Shown piece after piece: positions 59,364-64,000 of a stretch of 64,000 bases of DNA. The stretch lies in IMG/VR virus record IMGVR_UViG_3300009159_008491, positions 1 to 64,000 of that record, one strand, 5' to 3'. A model generated the notes under the pieces. That model ran no database searches, was not told where the DNA came from, and worked only from the letters and a program-made list of their open reading frames with translations. The translations under genes and the position numbers were made by a program. Position 1 is the stretch's first letter, and each line of letters starts with the position of its first letter. The DNA comes from a virus.

Positions 59364-59395
59364 AAAGAAAGCCCCGAAATTCCGGGGCTTTTTTT
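59364..59395. terminator. Bidirectional intrinsic terminator
   Basis: AAAGCCCCG-AAATTC-CGGGGCTTTTTTT between convergent genes. Confidence 0.85.
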
Positions 59396-60224
59396 ATTGA
59401 TTTAAAACATGTTTTTTTCGATAATTATCCATTAACTCAAATAATATTTTTCTAGTTTGAGTGGTAAATTCACCTTTAGTCATAATCCAATCATAATATG
59501 ATTTATCTTTTTCCAAAACTGTAGTAACCGATTGCCCTTGATATTTCCCAAAACCAAATACCGGAATATTATCAGAATTTAATTTAATTGTCCCTGCAAA
59601 ATCAACACTATCAAAGTCCTTTGTGAAATTAGCAAGAGATTCCATATTGTTTTGTATTGGTTCAGAAACCACTGTATCATCTTTATCTACACAATCCACA
59701 CCTTTGTAGTAATCTAGCATTGATTCTAGAACCTCTACGGTGGCTTTTACGTCATTTAAAGCATCATGGGCACCTTCTAGTGGCTTTTTACAATAAAATT
59801 CATATGCGGCCTTTAAATCACGTCTTTCCATTCGGTGAAAGATCCTTTTGACATCAATACAGTTACGATTGGTCATGTCTAATTCAAAGTCAGCTCTCGA
59901 AAATTCCTCCATGAGCATGGGTATGTCAAATCGGTTTCCATTAAAAGTGCAGAAATCAGAGTCACCAATTAAATCAAAAAGTGATTTTGCAACACGATCA
60001 AAAGATGGTTGGTCTTTGACCATTTCATCAGTTAAATGGTGAACATCACTTGCTGCTTTAGGGATAGGAATACCCGGATTTATTAATCTGGTTTTTACCA
60101 AATTTTCTCTTCCATCAGCAAAAATTTTAATAATCGCTAATTGTACAATACGATCATTTTTTACACTTAATCCAGTTGATTCAATGTCAAAACAGATTAA
60201 ATCCTTTTCTAAATTTAATTTCAT
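59394..60224 (-). CDS. DEDDh 3'-5' exonuclease (DNA Pol III epsilon-like)
   Basis: FDIESTG, FNGNRFDIP, AHDALND, C-term FGKYQG. Confidence 0.92.
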   Translation of the reverse strand: MKLNLEKDLICFDIESTGLSVKNDRIVQLAIIKIFADGRENLVKTRLINPGIPIPKAASDVHHLTDEMVKDQPSFDRVAKSLFDLIGDSDFCTFNGNRFDIPMLMEEFSRADFELDMTNRNCIDVKRIFHRMERRDLKAAYEFYCKKPLEGAHDALNDVKATVEVLESMLDYYKGVDCVDKDDTVVSEPIQNNMESLANFTKDFDSVDFAGTIKLNSDNIPVFGFGKYQGQSVTTVLEKDKSYYDWIMTKGEFTTQTRKILFELMDNYRKKHVLNQ

Positions 60225-60244
60225 ATGTGCTTATTTTAATTAAG

Positions 60245-60252
60245 CAAATATA
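60245..60252 (-). promoter_or_regulatory. Bacteroidota-type -7 promoter box TATATTTG(C)
   Basis: Matches TAnnTTTG, 20 nt upstream of the exonuclease ATG; no well-spaced -33 TTTG seen. Confidence 0.45.
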
Positions 60253-60262
60253 ATAAAAAAAA

Positions 60263-60664
60263 TTAAATTTCGGTTATTTCAAATTCATCTAAACCACAAC
60301 CTTCTCCATCTTCACCAAAATCTCCTGTTTTTTCATCGGTTAACCAACCCCTAAATACAGCAGAATATCCATTTTTGTCATCTCCATCAGGATAAGATTC
60401 TAAATAAGCCTCTGTACCTTGATCAAACCACTCATCTGGTTTGGTTATAAATCTATAGTTTTGTTTATAAATTTTATAACTATAATTGTTATCTGGTTTA
60501 AAATAATCAATAAATCTATCTTCAAAAATACTGAACCATTTATTATTTATTATTATAAAATGATCATAAGATGATCTTCCTTCATATGATAAATAAATTA
60601 TATCATTATTTTTAAGGTCTTCAATTTTTATTTCTTGCCAGAATGGTTTATTGAATCTACTCAT
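60263..60664 (-). CDS. Hypothetical protein
   Basis: 133 aa; ATGA overlap with topA. Confidence 0.6.
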   Translation of the reverse strand: MSRFNKPFWQEIKIEDLKNNDIIYLSYEGRSSYDHFIIINNKWFSIFEDRFIDYFKPDNNYSYKIYKQNYRFITKPDEWFDQGTEAYLESYPDGDDKNGYSAVFRGWLTDEKTGDFGEDGEGCGLDEFEITEI

Positions 60665-62991
60665 TTTTTCTTAGCGTATTTTTTGGGTTTAGCTGAACTT
60701 TTACCTTCTCCGATTATGTCTTCACAATCTTTTTTGGTAATAGTTTCTATATCATAAATAGCCGGAATCTTATAATTTTTATTCTTGAATTTAATATATG
60801 GTCCATATTGACCACTTAATACTTTAATTTCACCGAATTCTTTTGTAGATCCCGATTTTTCATTGCTTGAATTTTCTTTTATTAATTCTGTAGCTTCCTT
60901 TAGAGTTATTTTTTCAGGATCATATTCCGTATTCGATAATCCAACAAATTTACCATCATATTTGATATATGGTCCAAATTTACCAATTGCTACCAGTACA
61001 GGTTTTGATTTATATTCTCCTAGATTTCTAGGCCATTTTAAAAGTTCTAAAGCCTCTTCGAGATTTATGCCACCAACTTCTTTATCTTTAGGGATAGATG
61101 CATATTTTAAATCTTCATCTCCTTTTTCACCTAATTGTACCATTGGCCCAAATCTTCCAAAACGAGCATAAATATTTTTCTTGGTAGATTTATCAACACC
61201 AATTAATCTTTCGTTTGATGTTCCGGTTTCACCAAGAGCAGATTTAACTTTCTTATCAAAAGGAGAATAAAAATCTTTTAACATTGTTTTCCATTCTTTA
61301 CTGCCTTCTGAAATTTCATCTAATTGATTTTCTATTCCAGCAGTAAATTTATAATCCATGATATCTGGAAAATTTTCTGTAAGATAATCACAAACTACAA
61401 TACCAATTTCTGTAGGTATCATCTTAGCTTTTTCTGTACCAAATTTTTCATCTAGTTCAGTAGTAGATAAATTATCATTTTTTAATGAAAGGTTTTTTAC
61501 TTTTCTAGATTTTGCTGGTAAATCTTTTTTCTCAACATATTCTCTTTTTTGAATAGTTGATAAAATTGAAGCATAGGTAGAAGGTCTTCCTATTCCAAGT
61601 TCTTCTAGTCTCTTTACTAAAGACGCTTCATTATATCTAGCTGATGGTTTTGAATAGATTTCTAAACCTTCAATTTGTTCGTAATTAAGAATTTGACCTT
61701 TCTCCATTTTTGGTAAAGTGCCATTGTCATCTTGATCTTCTTGATTTTCTTCCTCTTCAACATCATCATTATTATAAACCTTTAAGAAACCATCGAATGT
61801 AATCACTTCTCCTTTGGCAACAAATAATTCTTTTTTTCCAGTATTAGAACTTTCAATTTCAATAGTGGTTTTATCAAGTAATGCATCCGACATTTGAGAG
61901 GCTACTGCTCTTTTCCAAATTAAACTATAAAGTTTCATTTCATCTTGACCAGAAACTACTTCTTCATGTTCAAAATGAGTTGGTCTTATTGCTTCATGGG
62001 CTTCTTGAGCACTGGCGTTTTTATTTTTAAATTTTTTCGGATTTGAAAATTTATTACCATACTTCTCAACTATAAATTGAGTTGCTGTTTGAACAGATTC
62101 TTCTGATAAATTTACACTGTCAGTACGATGGTAAGATATATGACCTTGCTCGTAAAGATTTTGAGCAGTTCTCATAGTTCTATCCACACTGAATCCAAAT
62201 TTTTTTGATGCTTCTTGTTGTAATCCTGAAGTTGTAAATGGAGCAGGTGAACTTCTTTTTCCCGGTTTAGTTTCAATTAAACTAACACTAAATTCTGAAC
62301 CAATTAATTTGCTTAAAAACTTTTCTGTTTCCTCATAGTTTTTAAATCTTTTATTTAATACGGCTTTTATTTTTTGTTTTTTACCACCTTTATCAATTGA
62401 GAAAATTGCAACAACTTTGTAATCAGAAGTTGAATCAAAAGACTTGTGTTCTTTTTCTCTTTCAACAAGAATTCTTAAAGCAACACTTTGAACTCTTCCT
62501 GCAGATAAACCTAATTTGATTTTTTTCCAAAGCAATAGAGAAAGATCAAATCCTACTAAACGATCTAATACCCTTCTTGCTTGTTGGGCATTAACCATAT
62601 TCATATTAAGTGTTGTAGGATTATTTATTGCATCCTTAAGAGCTTTTTCAGTAATCTCTTTAAAAATAATTCTTTTTGTTTTTTTGATGTTTAAACCAAG
62701 TACTTCTGCAACGTGCCAAGAGATTGCTTCACCTTCCAAATCGTAGTCACCAGCAAGAATTACTTCATCACATTTTTTTGCTAACTCTTTTAGTTCTTTT
62801 ACTACATCTTTTTTATCAGATGAAATTTGGTATGAAGGTTCAAAATCATTTTTTTTATCAATACCTTCTTTTCCTTTTTTTAATTCACGAATATGTCCAA
62901 CACTTGCTTTTACAACATAATCTTTTCCTAGGAAAGATTGAATTTTTTTAATCTTTCCGGGACTTTCACATATAACTAATTTTTTACCCAT
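60661..62991 (-). CDS. topA: DNA topoisomerase I (type IA) with C-terminal Toprim_C repeats
   Basis: LVICESPGK, ASVGHIREL, DYDLEGE, RRVLDRLVG, SAGRVQS, ISYHRTDS (catalytic Tyr), AHEAIRPT, GIGRPSTYA, three GxF/YGP repeats. Confidence 0.96.
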   Translation of the reverse strand: MGKKLVICESPGKIKKIQSFLGKDYVVKASVGHIRELKKGKEGIDKKNDFEPSYQISSDKKDVVKELKELAKKCDEVILAGDYDLEGEAISWHVAEVLGLNIKKTKRIIFKEITEKALKDAINNPTTLNMNMVNAQQARRVLDRLVGFDLSLLLWKKIKLGLSAGRVQSVALRILVEREKEHKSFDSTSDYKVVAIFSIDKGGKKQKIKAVLNKRFKNYEETEKFLSKLIGSEFSVSLIETKPGKRSSPAPFTTSGLQQEASKKFGFSVDRTMRTAQNLYEQGHISYHRTDSVNLSEESVQTATQFIVEKYGNKFSNPKKFKNKNASAQEAHEAIRPTHFEHEEVVSGQDEMKLYSLIWKRAVASQMSDALLDKTTIEIESSNTGKKELFVAKGEVITFDGFLKVYNNDDVEEEENQEDQDDNGTLPKMEKGQILNYEQIEGLEIYSKPSARYNEASLVKRLEELGIGRPSTYASILSTIQKREYVEKKDLPAKSRKVKNLSLKNDNLSTTELDEKFGTEKAKMIPTEIGIVVCDYLTENFPDIMDYKFTAGIENQLDEISEGSKEWKTMLKDFYSPFDKKVKSALGETGTSNERLIGVDKSTKKNIYARFGRFGPMVQLGEKGDEDLKYASIPKDKEVGGINLEEALELLKWPRNLGEYKSKPVLVAIGKFGPYIKYDGKFVGLSNTEYDPEKITLKEATELIKENSSNEKSGSTKEFGEIKVLSGQYGPYIKFKNKNYKIPAIYDIETITKKDCEDIIGEGKSSAKPKKYAKKK

Positions 62992-62992
62992 A

Positions 62993-63364
62993 TTATTTTA
63001 ATTTTTTTGGTCTTCCTCTTTTTTTCTGAGGTAATACATTTTTTTCTGAAATTGAATCTATAATAATTATTTTTTTATTTTCTTCTAATTTAGAAGGAAT
63101 ATCAAACCAAGTTTCTTTCAAATCCTTAATATGTTCCTCTAATTTCTTTTTGGTCCATATGTAATTTTTTACAATAGTAATTGTGCCTTGATCTTCGGTT
63201 ATCCAAAATATTTTTTTTATATTATTGTTTTCGTTTAATTCAACATTATAAAAAGGGCCTTCCTTGTAATTCATTCTTACAGAAGTTCCTTTGTCAATTA
63301 TCGTCCCATCATTTAATTTGATGTTCTCAATAAGTTTCATATAAGTTATTTTAATATTTGTCAT
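62993..63364 (-). CDS. Small protein with a C-terminal AT-hook
   Basis: KKRGRPKK at the C-terminus. Confidence 0.6.
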   Translation of the reverse strand: MTNIKITYMKLIENIKLNDGTIIDKGTSVRMNYKEGPFYNVELNENNNIKKIFWITEDQGTITIVKNYIWTKKKLEEHIKDLKETWFDIPSKLEENKKIIIIDSISEKNVLPQKKRGRPKKLK

Positions 63365-63368
63365 ATTT

Positions 63369-64000
63369 TTAAATGTGTTGACGTAATACTTTACTGTTTT
63401 TGTTGCACTTTAAAATTCTAATGGTCATATCTTTAATTTGACGAACACGTTCTCTGGTTAAATCAAGATAATCTCCAATTTCCTCTAAAGTCATAGTTTG
63501 ATAACCAAGTATACCATAATACATGCAAATAATTACACGCTGTCTAGGTTGAAGACTCTTTAAAATTTTTTCAAGATCCTTAGAAAAAGATTCTTTTATT
63601 AAAAATTCATCCGGAGATTTTGTTTCTTTGTTAACAATACAATCACTTAAAAAAACATCGTCACTATCTGAGGAAACAGGGCTATCAAGAGATGCTACTC
63701 TTCCAGTGTTGCTTAGCATTGTATCTCTAACTTTAATTTCACTCTCTTCTAAAACTTGAGCAAGTTCTTCTTCTGTAGGTTCTCTTTCAAGTTTTATTTC
63801 AAGTTTTTGAATAGTTTTATTTAGTTTGTTTATTGCTAAATTTTGATTGTTCGGCAATCTTATTAATTTTCCATTATCAGAAATTGATTGCATAATAGAT
63901 TGACGTATCCACCACACAGCATAAGATATAAATTTAAAACCTCTGGAATTATCAAATCTTTCCGCAGCTTTTATTAATCCTACATTTCCGTCTGAAATTA
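63369..64000 (-). CDS. RpoD/SigA-family sigma factor, 5'-partial
   Basis: Frame open to the window end: ISDGNVGLIKAAERFDNSRGFKFISYAVWWIRQSI; IRLP, REPT, SLDSP, TLEEIG..LTRERVRQIK. Confidence 0.93.
   Translation of the reverse strand, partial: ISDGNVGLIKAAERFDNSRGFKFISYAVWWIRQSIMQSISDNGKLIRLPNNQNLAINKLNKTIQKLEIKLEREPTEEELAQVLEESEIKVRDTMLSNTGRVASLDSPVSSDSDDVFLSDCIVNKETKSPDEFLIKESFSKDLEKILKSLQPRQRVIICMYYGILGYQTMTLEEIGDYLDLTRERVRQIKDMTIRILKCNKNSKVLRQHI

Larger units (their letters stand above)
1..64000. other. Segment of a large myovirus-type phage genome, probable Bacteroidota host
   Basis: T4-like baseplate gp25/gp6, OB-fold spike, PhoH and gp55-like sigma interleaved with host-like TopA/RpoD/DnaQ; dense ORFs; no rRNA, tRNA or housekeeping operons seen; A-rich leaders without SD. 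Confidence 0.9.

Noticed and set aside
3041-62951. Numerous 60-140-aa ORFs antisense or out of frame within larger genes (e.g. 3041, 3649, 3846, 5062, 8364, 29619, 33197, 35559, 37536, 60863, 62516)
   Set aside because: Nested in well-supported CDSs, mostly non-ATG starts, no recognisable motifs
1-64000. Stop-codon recoding (code 15 or 4) as in some jumbo phages
   Set aside because: Long genes are intact in code 11; TAG and TGA act as real stops (e.g. 8351, 53812, 8899, 60661)
1-64000. tRNA, ncRNA, introns, inteins, IS elements
   Set aside because: Intergenic gaps are short and AT-rich with only terminator hairpins; no splicing, homing-endonuclease or transposase motifs recognised by eye

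Overview
This is a very AT-rich, densely coding 64-kb segment of a large myovirus-type (jumbo-like) phage genome. The host is probably a Bacteroidota bacterium: there are no Shine-Dalgarno sites, leaders are A-rich, promoter boxes resemble TAnnTTTG, and TopA, DnaQ and RpoD are Bacteroidota-like. Order along the window: (1) the 3' end of a Gly-Ser/Ala/Thr collagen-like fibre gene, then four paralogous ~300-aa putative fibre-tip genes; (2) a convergent glyco operon with a GT2 + TibC/Aah-type serine O-heptosyltransferase fusion (intact 4-Cys iron finger), an LbH acetyltransferase, a short DegT-like protein and an 1113-aa GT4-FkbM-GT multidomain enzyme; (3) a tail/baseplate module (Calx-beta and DNRLRE-like proteins, gp25, gp6, HxH spike); (4) a gp55-like sigma factor, two GTs, HAD-like, protease-like and metallophosphoesterase genes; (5) a ~15-kb, 21-gene glycan cluster (gmd, DegT-like, five SAM methyltransferases, sulfotransferase, CDP-alcohol phosphotransferase, AlkP-fold enzyme, many GTs); (6) acidic putative head-internal proteins, PhoH and a GT4; (7) DnaQ-like exonuclease, TopA, an AT-hook protein and a partial RpoD-like sigma factor. 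The best candidate novel system is phage-encoded virion-surface glycosylation: a Ser-rich collagen fibre, a TibC-like Ser O-glycosyltransferase and a large glycan-decoration cluster. Other signals read from the DNA are near-total avoidance of CCWGG at Pro-Gly codons, a TATTTAT promoter-like motif, probable leaderless starts, and several apparently inactivated enzyme paralogues. All product calls come from motif recognition by eye; no database search was run.
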